Shown: positions 17,335 to 26,262 of the stretch, piece by piece | Numbering within the stretch: position 1 is the stretch's first letter | How the letters are laid out: every line of letters starts with the position of its first letter | Assembly (NCBI GenBank): GCA_046583095.1 | Contig: JAYGDB010000008.1 | Span: forward strand, 33,164 to 97,163 | DNA: 64,000 nucleotides | Direction: 5' to 3' | DNA from: Myxococcota bacterium | GTDB lineage: Bacteria; Myxococcota_A; UBA9160; UBA4427 | The notes under the pieces: generated by a model | What the model was told of the DNA's origin: nothing | What the model saw: only the letters and a program-made list of their open reading frames with translations | Database searches by the model: none | Translations under genes and position numbers: made by a program

Positions 17335-18968
17335 TCCGCTCCCCCACGGCGCGGGTCTTCGCAGGCTGGCTGCTGCTCTCGGCCATCGTGCTCGGCATCG
17401 AAGCGCCGCCGGCTGGCGAGCCGGGCCTCTACTACGACGAGGCGTTCCTCGCCCAGCAAGGTCGGGATTTTCTCGAGCCTGATCGCCTCACCCGGCACCC
17501 GCCTGGCACATCGTCAACCTACGTCCTGGGCCGGCGTTTTCCCCTGAGCAACTCCAGCTATCTCGGCTCGCTCAAGAGCCAGCTTCTGATTCCGCCCCTC
17601 GCACTCTTCGGGGCGAGCGTCACGACCCTCCGGATAGCGACGCTATCTACCGCCCTGATCGCCCTGCTGTTCACGCTGCTCTGGGCGCGCCGGATCTTCG
17701 GGACCCCGCAGGCCCTGGCAACCGGAGCCCTGGTGGCCCTCGATCCCAGCTTCGTCTTTTTCGGGGCGTGCGAGTGGGGTCCGTACACGACGATGCTCCT
17801 GTGCCGGAGCATCGGCCTATACAGCTTGACGGTTGGCTGGCAGAGGCGACGAACGGGACTTCTCGTGTTGGGCGGACTCGCGCTTGGCCTCGGGGTCTAC
17901 GCCCGGGCCGACTTCGTGATCATCGGGATCGCCTCGGCTGTCGGACTCGTCGCAGCGCGCGGCCGGCACCTCCTGCGCGAGGTTCGGGAGCGTCCCCTGC
18001 CGATCGCGGCGGCGCTCACGGCAGTCGTGGTGGGCGCGATCCCAATGCTGATCGGGGCGCAGGACCTGCTGGCCACCCAGGCGGGCATCGCCGATCGGGG
18101 CGATCTCGTCTATCGGCTTCAGGTCTTGTGGAGCACTCTCGACGGCTCCCACTTCCATCGTGTCATGCACACCGGCGGGATCTTCGAGCGTATCTTCGAC
18201 GCCCCGGGCCCGGCCAGCCTCTTCGGGCTCGCGACCGCCGCAGCCGTGGGCGTCGCAGCGGGCACGCTGTTGCGGCAGTCCGAGCCGCGCATCACGTTCC
18301 TGCTCGTCACCGTCGTCGTGCTCGGGGTGGCGATGGTCCTGCTACCGGGCGCCGTTCGAGCGCATCATATGTTGAACTTGCTGCCGTTCACGCACCTCCT
18401 GGTCGCCGCAGTCGGGACTCACCTAGCCGGCACGCGGGGCGCTCGGATCGCGGCCAGTGTCGCGCTCGTCCTCGTGCTCGCGAGCGAAGCCCGCGTAACG
18501 TGGCAGACCCGAGAGGAGATCGCCGAGACTGGCGGTCGCGGGCGCTGGTCGAACTCACTCGACGCATTCGCCGCCGAGATCGGGACCGATCCGGACGCAG
18601 TCGCGGTCTCCCTCGACTGGGGGTTTCACGAGCCGCTGCTGTTCCTGACGACGAAGCAGAGCTTGATCGAGCCCATCTGGACGATTCCACAGCTCCTCCG
18701 ATTGGGCCGCAGCTGGATTCACCCGGGCGACGCGAACCACCGCTACCTCGTCCGCGAAGTTCCGTACGATCTCTTCCGACTCGGCCCGAAGCTCCTGGCC
18801 ACGGCCCGCGAGCTCGGGCCGGACCTCGCCGAGATCCGGACCCACACCGACCGACGGGGAGACGTCGCGTTCTATAGCGTTCGCTTCACCGCGCCTCACC
18901 AACTCGTCTTTTCGGGCGAGTTCGAGGTCCGCTTTCAGGGAGAAAGACAACCGAGGAGGCCTCGATGA
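17331..18968 (+). CDS. GT39/ArnT-like (PMT_2-type) GT-C membrane protein
   Basis: 545 aa, polytopic; first loop GEPGLYYDEAFLAQQG; ATGA overlap with the methyltransferase. Confidence 0.7.
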   Translation: MIRSPTARVFAGWLLLSAIVLGIEAPPAGEPGLYYDEAFLAQQGRDFLEPDRLTRHPPGTSSTYVLGRRFPLSNSSYLGSLKSQLLIPPLALFGASVTTLRIATLSTALIALLFTLLWARRIFGTPQALATGALVALDPSFVFFGACEWGPYTTMLLCRSIGLYSLTVGWQRRRTGLLVLGGLALGLGVYARADFVIIGIASAVGLVAARGRHLLREVRERPLPIAAALTAVVVGAIPMLIGAQDLLATQAGIADRGDLVYRLQVLWSTLDGSHFHRVMHTGGIFERIFDAPGPASLFGLATAAAVGVAAGTLLRQSEPRITFLLVTVVVLGVAMVLLPGAVRAHHMLNLLPFTHLLVAAVGTHLAGTRGARIAASVALVLVLASEARVTWQTREEIAETGGRGRWSNSLDAFAAEIGTDPDAVAVSLDWGFHEPLLFLTTKQSLIEPIWTIPQLLRLGRSWIHPGDANHRYLVREVPYDLFRLGPKLLATARELGPDLAEIRTHTDRRGDVAFYSVRFTAPHQLVFSGEFEVRFQGERQPRRPR

Positions 18969-19699
18969 TCGAGAAGATTTGCAACGTCCGGACCGCCGAC
19001 GGCGAAATGGAGACCTTCACGGCGCGCCCCGCCGGCGATGGCCCGTTTCCGGCGGTCGTGCTCTACATGGACGCTCCGGGAATCCGGGGGGAGCTCTACG
19101 ATTTCGGACGCCGGATCGCCGGAGAGGGCTACTACGCCCTGGTTCCGGACCTCTACTACCGGCGCGGCCGTGTACGGCTCGATATGACCCTCCGAGGGGC
19201 CCGAAAAGTGATGTACGGCCACATGGAGAGCCTCTCGAATGCCCGCGTAGCGGCCGATACCGAGGCGCTATTCGAGCTTCTGGCGGACGAGCCCAGCGCC
19301 GCCTCGGGCCCGAAGGGTTGCATCGGCCACTGCATGAGCGGGCAGTTCATCGCCACGGTTGCAGGCACCTTCCCGGACCACTTTCGCGCATCGGTCTCGT
19401 GCTACGGCGTACGCATCGTGACCGACGAACCCGACAGTCCCCACAACCTGCTTGCTCAAGCGCAGGGAGAAATCTTCTTCGCCTTCGCGGAGCGGGACGA
19501 TCACGTGCCGGACGCCGCGATCCAGGTACTGCGCGATACCCTCGAAGAGGCCTCGGTCGAGAGTGTGGTGGAAGTCTATCCGAACACCGAGCACGGCTTC
19601 TGCTTCCCGGAGCGGAAACAGGTCTATGCCCCGGCCGCGGCCGAAGACGTGTGGAAGCGCAGCTTCGAGATGTTCCAGAGACAGCTGCGTCGGAGCTAG
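18965..19699 (+). CDS. Dienelactone hydrolase family protein
   Basis: 244 aa; DGPFPAVVLYMDAPGIRGEL, GCIGHCMSGQF nucleophile elbow, NTEHGF; ATGA overlap with the upstream gene. Confidence 0.85.
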   Translation: MIEKICNVRTADGEMETFTARPAGDGPFPAVVLYMDAPGIRGELYDFGRRIAGEGYYALVPDLYYRRGRVRLDMTLRGARKVMYGHMESLSNARVAADTEALFELLADEPSAASGPKGCIGHCMSGQFIATVAGTFPDHFRASVSCYGVRIVTDEPDSPHNLLAQAQGEIFFAFAERDDHVPDAAIQVLRDTLEEASVESVVEVYPNTEHGFCFPERKQVYAPAAAEDVWKRSFEMFQRQLRRS

Positions 19700-19724
19700 C
19701 TGCCGAAGCTGGCGCTTCACCCGA

Positions 19725-21920
19725 CTAGGAGTCGGATAGAACCACCACCCGTCCTTCCTGCACGTCCGCCTCGCTCACCGCGACGGCGTGTACCTCATCG
19801 CCGATCCGCACGCGATACGGCCCTTCCGAGGCCACTGCCTCTTCGTGGAGGGGTGGCCCAGTCGCGTACGGGACTCGCAGCCGGGCCACGCCGTCCGCGC
19901 CCGCGGTCGCATTCGACTCGTAGTCGATCCGACGACCCGAGGGCGAAGCCAGGCGAAGCGTGACGATCACGACTTCACCTTCCGTCGCCCGGACCTCGAG
20001 CATCGCACCTTCGACTCTCTCGAAGAGCTTGTAGGGCAGCGTCGCTGACCCCGTCACGCGCTGGCCCGACAACTGGAAGGAGCGGGCGAAGTGCACGCCA
20101 CGCTCCGGCCCCTCCGCGACGAGTCGGAAGTTCTCGCTTGCGGGGAAGCGCACCACTGCGGTGCCGTCCGCATGGTGCAGCCAACCCTCGACGGTATCCG
20201 GATCGGCGCTCGAGAAGGTGATCACGTACCGCGCCTTCAGCTGTCTTGCGAGGGCGACGGCCCTGGATTCGGAGGAAGCCCCCAGGAGTTGGAACGCCGC
20301 GTTCCAGTTTTCCAAACCGATGAAGGCCCAGAACGGATCCGTCGGCGTCGGGCGGCGAGCGACGTTCTGGATCGCATGTCCCAGGTTCGCGTGTGCGACC
20401 ACGCCGTACTCGGGGGCCTGTCGGATGTCGAAAGAGCCTGACGTCTCGGGCGTAACCCTCCGCACTCGCTGCATGAAACGTGTGAGGCTCCCAGCGACAG
20501 TGAGGAGCGCCCGGTCGCGGCCCGCGAGTTCGCCCCGCCACACACGCAGGGCGCTGCCCAACCGCGGTGCCATCTGCAGTGCGATCGGAGGCGCGAGCAG
20601 GACGAGCCCGATCCCCACGCAGGCCGAGACGACTGCGAGTCGGGAGCCACCGGCCCAAGCCGCGAGACGCCGTCCCACTGCGGCAATCACGATCGCGAAG
20701 CCCACCGCCGCCGCGGGACCGAGATCGTTTCCGTACCGGCGCTGCACGAGGGCGAGCGCACCGAACCAGAAGCACCAGGCTGCAACCACCCAACCGATCG
20801 CACGCGTTTCCTTCGGGCATGCCCACAGGACCGCGAAGGGCAGTACCGGAATCAGGTATCCGAACAACCCCCAGACCTGCCAGACCGGCCGACCCGTCGC
20901 GCGCCCGAAGATGGCGAAGAGCGGAAGCTGCTCCCCGGTTCGCAACCCGACTCCGTCGCTCATGGTGAGGAAGCGCAGCGCCGGCTCGAGGCCCTCGCGA
21001 ATCGCGGGAAGCAGCAGCGCGAGACCGACCGCGGCCAGGCCGAAGCCGGCCGTCCAACCGAGACGCACGAGCGGAGGGCGTTGGCGGCCGCTCCCTTCAA
21101 GCCACCACATCCCGGCCGAGACGATCGCGACGAGAAGTACGGCCAGCACATGGAGTCGGGAGAGCGCGATCGCCGACCAGGCGCCGCCGAGCGGCTCGGG
21201 GAAGAACCAGACGAGCGGCGCCAATACGACCCCGGTCGCGAAGGCGCTCGTCGCCTGCACCCGGTAGAGATCCCGACGACCCGTGCACGCCGCCGCCAGC
21301 CAAAGGATGCCCTCGACGAGTGCGAGATAGAGAAGGCTACCGTGCCAGGTGAGGAGCATCGCGAGGCGGCCCGCAGACAGACCGACACCCAATCGCGCCG
21401 GAACTCCCTCGCTCGAAACCAGGCGTGCAACGACCCACAGCAAACACGCGCCGATGAAAGCCACTGCGCAGTGATGGTCGAGTTGTCCGACACGGCTGTA
21501 GTTGACGTGGATCGGCAGTAGCGCGAGGAATGCAGCGGCACCCACGCCCACGCCGGGACCCCCGATGCGGCACCCGAGCGCATACACGGGCAACAGGGTT
21601 GCGGCGCCGATGAACGCAGGCACCCAGGCCGCGAACACCTCGAAGCCGTGCGGGTCAGCAGCCAGGACCCGCCCGAGGGCGGCAACCGTGAAGTCGAAGA
21701 GCGGAGGCCAGGAGATCGCCGCCCCTCCCGGGTAGTTGATATACGGGTCCGAGAAGAGAATCGTTGGAAAATTCACCCAGGCGTAGAGAGCCCGGCGAAC
21801 GTGGTACTGGGCGTCTCCCGGCGCGAAGACCACCGTCTCGCCATCGATGAAGACCCACTCGAAGCCGAGGGCCCGCAGGCCGAGGGCCAGCAGGAGGGCC
21901 GCTCCCAGCCAGGTCTTCAA
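19725..21920 (-). CDS. AglB/STT3-family oligosaccharyltransferase homolog with divergent WWDYG motif
   Basis: 731 aa, TTG start in a TTGA overlap. GDAQYHVRR, SDPYINYPGGAAISWPPLFD, VGQLDHHCAV and RTGEQLPL align with AglB EL1, DxH and EL5 motifs as I recall them. The WWDYGHWI position reads AHANLGHAI; KARYVITF follows. Confidence 0.75.
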   Translation of the reverse strand: MKTWLGAALLLALGLRALGFEWVFIDGETVVFAPGDAQYHVRRALYAWVNFPTILFSDPYINYPGGAAISWPPLFDFTVAALGRVLAADPHGFEVFAAWVPAFIGAATLLPVYALGCRIGGPGVGVGAAAFLALLPIHVNYSRVGQLDHHCAVAFIGACLLWVVARLVSSEGVPARLGVGLSAGRLAMLLTWHGSLLYLALVEGILWLAAACTGRRDLYRVQATSAFATGVVLAPLVWFFPEPLGGAWSAIALSRLHVLAVLLVAIVSAGMWWLEGSGRQRPPLVRLGWTAGFGLAAVGLALLLPAIREGLEPALRFLTMSDGVGLRTGEQLPLFAIFGRATGRPVWQVWGLFGYLIPVLPFAVLWACPKETRAIGWVVAAWCFWFGALALVQRRYGNDLGPAAAVGFAIVIAAVGRRLAAWAGGSRLAVVSACVGIGLVLLAPPIALQMAPRLGSALRVWRGELAGRDRALLTVAGSLTRFMQRVRRVTPETSGSFDIRQAPEYGVVAHANLGHAIQNVARRPTPTDPFWAFIGLENWNAAFQLLGASSESRAVALARQLKARYVITFSSADPDTVEGWLHHADGTAVVRFPASENFRLVAEGPERGVHFARSFQLSGQRVTGSATLPYKLFERVEGAMLEVRATEGEVVIVTLRLASPSGRRIDYESNATAGADGVARLRVPYATGPPLHEEAVASEGPYRVRIGDEVHAVAVSEADVQEGRVVVLSDS

Positions 21921-23014
21921 GCGCCCTCGAGCAACGACGCCAAGACCGATACGACGTGCTCCTGCTGGTCCGGACGGATCCCCGGATAGATCGGAAGCGA
22001 GAGCAATTCGCCGGCCGCGCGCTCGGCCACGGGGAAGTCGCCGAGACTGTGGCCCAGGTGCTGGAAAGCCCCCTGCAAGTGGATGGGCCGCGGATAGTGG
22101 ATCCCGGCTCCGATTCCCGCTCCGTTCAGTCCAACCAGCAGCCGATCGCGCTCGGGAACGCGAATCGTATACAGGTGCCAGACGTGGGCGTTGCCCTCGA
22201 GGGTCTGGGGCAGGACGACATCGGGAACGCCGCTGAGCAACTCGTCATAACGGCGCGCCGCTTCCGCGCGATGTTCGTTCCAGGCGTCGAGCTTTCGCAG
22301 CTTGGCTCGCAGCACGACCGCCTGCAGGGTATCGAGCCGCGAGTTGAAACCCTGTTCGGGGTGATGGTACTTCTTCTCGCTTCCGTACTGGCCCAGGCTG
22401 CGAACTCGCGCGGCCAGGTCCGGGTCGTCGGTGACGACCGCACCGGCGTCACCGTAGGCGCCGAGGTTCTTGCCGGGAAAGAAGCTCGTCCCGGCCACCA
22501 CCCCGAATGAACCCGAGAGCCGACCCTTCCGGCGCGCGCCCTGGGACTGCGCGGCGTCCTCGATGAGCGGCACGCTTGCGTCGGCAAGGGCCTCGAAAGC
22601 GGCGACCTGGCCGAAGAGGTTGACGGGCATGATCGCGCGGGTCTTGGGACCGACCCGACTCAAGGCCGAGGCGCTGTCGAGAAGGTGCGTGGCCGGATCC
22701 GAGTCGACGAGCACCGGCGTCGCACCCGTGCGCGCAATGGCGAGCGCCGAGGCGATGAAGGTGTTCGCAGGAACCACCACCTCGTCGCCGGGCCCGATGT
22801 CGAGTGCGCGACAGGCCAGCTCGAGAGCATCCGTTCCGTTCCCGACGCCGATGCAATGACCGACTCCGGACGCCACCGCGAACTCCTCCTCGAAGGCGCG
22901 CACGTCCGGCCCTTGGATGAAGGCGGTGCTCTCGATCACCCGTTCGAGGCCGGCCTTCACCTCGGCGGCGATTTCTCGATGCTGCCAGGCGAGATCGACG
23001 AGCGGAATCTCCAT
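21917..23014 (-). CDS. DegT/DnrJ/EryC1/StrS-family PLP-dependent nucleotide-sugar aminotransferase
   Basis: 365 aa; MEIPLVDLAWQHREIAAEVKAGLERVIESTAFIQGPDVRAFEEEFA...GNGTDALELA...VPANTFIASA; family-typical sequence. Confidence 0.9.
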   Translation of the reverse strand: MEIPLVDLAWQHREIAAEVKAGLERVIESTAFIQGPDVRAFEEEFAVASGVGHCIGVGNGTDALELACRALDIGPGDEVVVPANTFIASALAIARTGATPVLVDSDPATHLLDSASALSRVGPKTRAIMPVNLFGQVAAFEALADASVPLIEDAAQSQGARRKGRLSGSFGVVAGTSFFPGKNLGAYGDAGAVVTDDPDLAARVRSLGQYGSEKKYHHPEQGFNSRLDTLQAVVLRAKLRKLDAWNEHRAEAARRYDELLSGVPDVVLPQTLEGNAHVWHLYTIRVPERDRLLVGLNGAGIGAGIHYPRPIHLQGAFQHLGHSLGDFPVAERAAGELLSLPIYPGIRPDQQEHVVSVLASLLEGA

Positions 23015-24048
23015 CAGCGCCGGTCTCCCCCCACGCGCACCTCACGTCCCCCCTCGGCGATCGATCGGCTGATGGCATCCAGGGTGCGGACGACGGCAAG
23101 CCCTTCACGTCCGTCGGTGATCGGCACGCCGCCGCTCTCGATGCAGTCGAGGAAGTGATCGCATTCGTTGCGCAGGGGCTGGCTTGCGGGGACCTTCGGA
23201 ACGCTGATGTCGCCATCGCGCACGACCATCCGGAACGTCGCGAAGGAGTCGACGAGCGCGGGATGGCTGCGCTCCTCGGACACCTGCTTGTCGTAGATTC
23301 GCAGGGGCTCGGTCAGGCTGATGTCATCGAAGGTGAGCATCCGCTTCTCACCGACCACGGTGATGTCCCGGGTCTTGCGCGGGTGCAGCCAGGACGCGTG
23401 GAGGTGAACGAGCACGTCATTCGGATACTGGAGGGTCGCAAAGACCGCGTCCTCGACGCCGGGATTGATCCAGGCCGTCCCCCTCGCCGAGACGCTCTCG
23501 GGCTGCGCGTCGAGCCAGTAGCTCGCGAGGGCGATGTCGTGGGATGCCAGATCCCACGCGGCGTTCACGTCCACTCGGATCGGCCCGAGGTTCGTGCGCG
23601 TCATCGAGATGTAGTAGATGCGTCCGAGGTCACCGTCGACCAGATAGCGCTTGGCCTGCTGGGAGGCCGCGTTGAAGACGAAGACGTGGCCGACCATCAG
23701 GATGCGGGCACTGCGCTCCGCGATCTCACACAGAGCCTCGGCGTCGCGAACGCTGTCGGCCATCGGCTTCTCGACCAGCACGTGTCTACCAGCCTCGAGC
23801 GCCTGCCGGGCCAAATCGAAGTGGGTGCTCGTGGGGGTCGCGATCACGACGGCATCAACGGAAGCATCGCCGAATGCGTGGGTGGCATCGTCGCTCACGC
23901 GGATGTCGGGAAAGCGGAGCCCGACGGCCTGCCGGCGGCTGGCATCGCGATCGATCACCCAGGCCACCTCGCTGCGCTGGCGGTCGTGGAAATTCGCGAT
24001 GAGGTTCGGGCCCCAGTGTCCGGCACCGATCACAGCGACGCGGATCAT
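23014..24048 (-). CDS. Gfo/Idh/MocA-family NAD-dependent oxidoreductase (WbpB/GnnA-like nucleotide-sugar dehydrogenase)
   Basis: Track ORF trimmed to ATG 24048 (MIRVAVIGAGHWGPNLIANF) with a GAGAGGA-like RBS. Rossmann N-terminus, EKPMA motif. Confidence 0.85.
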   Translation of the reverse strand: MIRVAVIGAGHWGPNLIANFHDRQRSEVAWVIDRDASRRQAVGLRFPDIRVSDDATHAFGDASVDAVVIATPTSTHFDLARQALEAGRHVLVEKPMADSVRDAEALCEIAERSARILMVGHVFVFNAASQQAKRYLVDGDLGRIYYISMTRTNLGPIRVDVNAAWDLASHDIALASYWLDAQPESVSARGTAWINPGVEDAVFATLQYPNDVLVHLHASWLHPRKTRDITVVGEKRMLTFDDISLTEPLRIYDKQVSEERSHPALVDSFATFRMVVRDGDISVPKVPASQPLRNECDHFLDCIESGGVPITDGREGLAVVRTLDAISRSIAEGGREVRVGGDRR

Positions 24049-24071
24049 GGGTTCCTCTCGATCGGTCGGGC

Positions 24072-24794
24072 TCACTTCTTGAGACGAAGTCCGACGAGCA
24101 GGACCGGCTTCAGGATCGACCACCATCCGACGATCGGCTTCATCTTGGTCTGCCCGATGCGCTTCGGAGGGTAGACCTTCGAAACCGGCTCTTCCAGCGT
24201 GCGATGGCCGAGCTGGATGGCCCGGATGTAGAGGTACGGCTCGAGCGCGTACTCGTCGAGCCACGCTTGATCGAGGTCGAGGCGTTCGTCTTCGAGCACC
24301 CGGCGGTGGACCGCCCGGAAGCCGTTGGTGGACTCCGTCACGCGCCGGCCCGTCACCAGCGAGAAGAGGAGGGGATGGATGCGCGTCGCGATCTTGCGGT
24401 AAAAGGGCATCTCGCCGAAGTCAGCACCCGGCTCGAGAAAGCGCGAGCCCTGAACGAAGTCCGCGCGCCCCTCCGCGATTGGATCCAGGAGGCGCGGGAT
24501 TTCCTCCGGCGAATCCTTGTTGTTCCCCGCCATCACGACCGCGACGTCGTAGCCGCCGCGAAGTGCCTCGGCATAACCGACCCGAAGTGCGGCACCGACC
24601 CCCGCGACGCGTCCCATCGAGATCACCCGTGCACCGCCTTCCCGCGCGACCTCGGCCGATCGGTCCGTCGACCCGTCGTCGATGACGAGCAGGTCGTCGA
24701 CGACGTCTCGAGGAGTACGACGCACGACCTCGCCGATCTTCACCTCCTCGTCGAGAACGGGAGCCATCGCGATCACCCGTAGGCCGCGGTACAC
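24072..24794 (-). CDS. GT2 glycosyltransferase, polyprenol-phosphate sugar synthase type
   Basis: 240 aa, GTG start 3 nt after the upstream stop. VIAMAPVLDEEVKIGEVV, LLVIDDGSTDRS, VVMAGNNKDSPEE, FVQGSRF. Confidence 0.85.
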   Translation of the reverse strand: MYRGLRVIAMAPVLDEEVKIGEVVRRTPRDVVDDLLVIDDGSTDRSAEVAREGGARVISMGRVAGVGAALRVGYAEALRGGYDVAVVMAGNNKDSPEEIPRLLDPIAEGRADFVQGSRFLEPGADFGEMPFYRKIATRIHPLLFSLVTGRRVTESTNGFRAVHRRVLEDERLDLDQAWLDEYALEPYLYIRAIQLGHRTLEEPVSKVYPPKRIGQTKMKPIVGWWSILKPVLLVGLRLKK

Positions 24795-24797
24795 CGT

Positions 24798-26165
24798 CTA
24801 GTCCTCCACCGGCGCCGGCGGCAGATAGCCGAGGGCGCGGAGTCGCTCGACGTCTTCGTCGCTCATCGCATGGGCGGGTACGGGGGTGACCGCCGAGGCC
24901 AGATAGCCGTGGATTTCCGGCGGCAACGGACTTGCAGCGGACTTGCGCCAGCCGCCTTCCACTCGCTCGAAGCGCTGCGGGTGGAGTGGCCGGCCTTGGC
25001 CCAACGGACCCTTACCCAGGATCTTGACGGTCAGGTAGCCCCTCGAATCGTAGGCGCTCAGCTCGTGACCGACGTCGCTCAAGACAACGCGATCGGGCAG
25101 CGGCGCTTCTCCGCGAAGAGCGGGGACGAGCGAGATCCCGCTGGCTGCTTCGAGTTTCGCGAGGCCCGCGAGCTCGAGCAGGGTCGGGGCGATGTCGACG
25201 TGGCTCGTAACACCTTCGATCCGGCGCGGAGCGATGCCGGGCGCTACGACGATGAGCGGCACCAACGCCTGCTCGGGCGTCGTCGTGTGACCGTGCTGGA
25301 AGAAGAAGCCGTTCTCGTCGAGGCTCTCTCCGTGGTCTGCGGTGAGTGCGATCACGGCGTCGTCTCCATCCACCGCCGCCAGGAGCTCGCCCACCCAGTG
25401 ATCCGTGAAGGCGATCTCTCCGGCATACAGGGCCGCGTACCGCGGTGCCCGCCGAATACCGACGAGGGCCTGGTAGCTGGGGATGCCGCCGCGTCCCCGG
25501 TTCACCGGCAGTACGGAAAGCACCCGATCCGTCCGGAGTGGAACCTCATCGACGACGTCCGCCCAGGCGCCGGGCGGGGTGTAGGGACCGTGGGGATCCT
25601 GCAGATGCACCCACAAAAAGAAGGGCCGATCCCGGGGCTGTGCGAGCCAGGCGAGGGCACGCCCCGCGGTGTCGTCCGCAGTTCGTTCGAAGTACTCGCC
25701 GCGATTCGCCTCGCTGGAGGGCAGCAGATCGTCGTAGACGTCGAAGCCTTGATCGAGCCCGGTACGGGTCTTGAGAACGACATTGCTCACGAACGCGGCG
25801 GTGTCGTAGCCCGCCGACCGGAGCGACTCCGCCAACGTCGTTACGCCCGTGAGCCGCGTCGCACCGTTCTCGGAACCCACTGAGTGCTCGCGGACGTAGC
25901 GCGAGGTCATGATCGAGGCGTGGGCGGGAACCGTCGCCGTCGAAGCCGCGATGGCAGTCTCGAAGAGGACGCCCCGGGCCGCCAGAGCGTCCATGTTGGG
26001 AGTGATCTCCCTCGAGAAGCCGTAGCTGTGCACGAAGTCGGCCCGGAGGGTGTCTATCGTGATCAGCAGAACGTCGGGATGCGAGCCAGAGCGTGGACTG
26101 CAGCCCAGCTGAAGGATCGCGGCCAGGAGACCCACGACAGTGATGCAACGGACAGACGACGACAT
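24798..26165 (-). CDS. Sulfatase-fold lipoprotein with Thr-type active-site motif
   Basis: Track ORF trimmed to ATG 26165: MSSSVRCITVVGLLAAILQLGCSP (lipobox LQLGC). DVLLITIDTLRADF, ASTATVPAHASIMTSRY at the CxPxR position, LTADHGESLDENG. Confidence 0.8.
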   Translation of the reverse strand: MSSSVRCITVVGLLAAILQLGCSPRSGSHPDVLLITIDTLRADFVHSYGFSREITPNMDALAARGVLFETAIAASTATVPAHASIMTSRYVREHSVGSENGATRLTGVTTLAESLRSAGYDTAAFVSNVVLKTRTGLDQGFDVYDDLLPSSEANRGEYFERTADDTAGRALAWLAQPRDRPFFLWVHLQDPHGPYTPPGAWADVVDEVPLRTDRVLSVLPVNRGRGGIPSYQALVGIRRAPRYAALYAGEIAFTDHWVGELLAAVDGDDAVIALTADHGESLDENGFFFQHGHTTTPEQALVPLIVVAPGIAPRRIEGVTSHVDIAPTLLELAGLAKLEAASGISLVPALRGEAPLPDRVVLSDVGHELSAYDSRGYLTVKILGKGPLGQGRPLHPQRFERVEGGWRKSAASPLPPEIHGYLASAVTPVPAHAMSDEDVERLRALGYLPPAPVED

Positions 26166-26262
26166 CGACGGCGGGCAGCATACCGCGTCCGGCACGCAGC
26201 TTGCGCGCAACCGGCGAGCCACTTCGCTCGCGGAGCCTTCGGGCTTCGGCGATACTCCTCCC

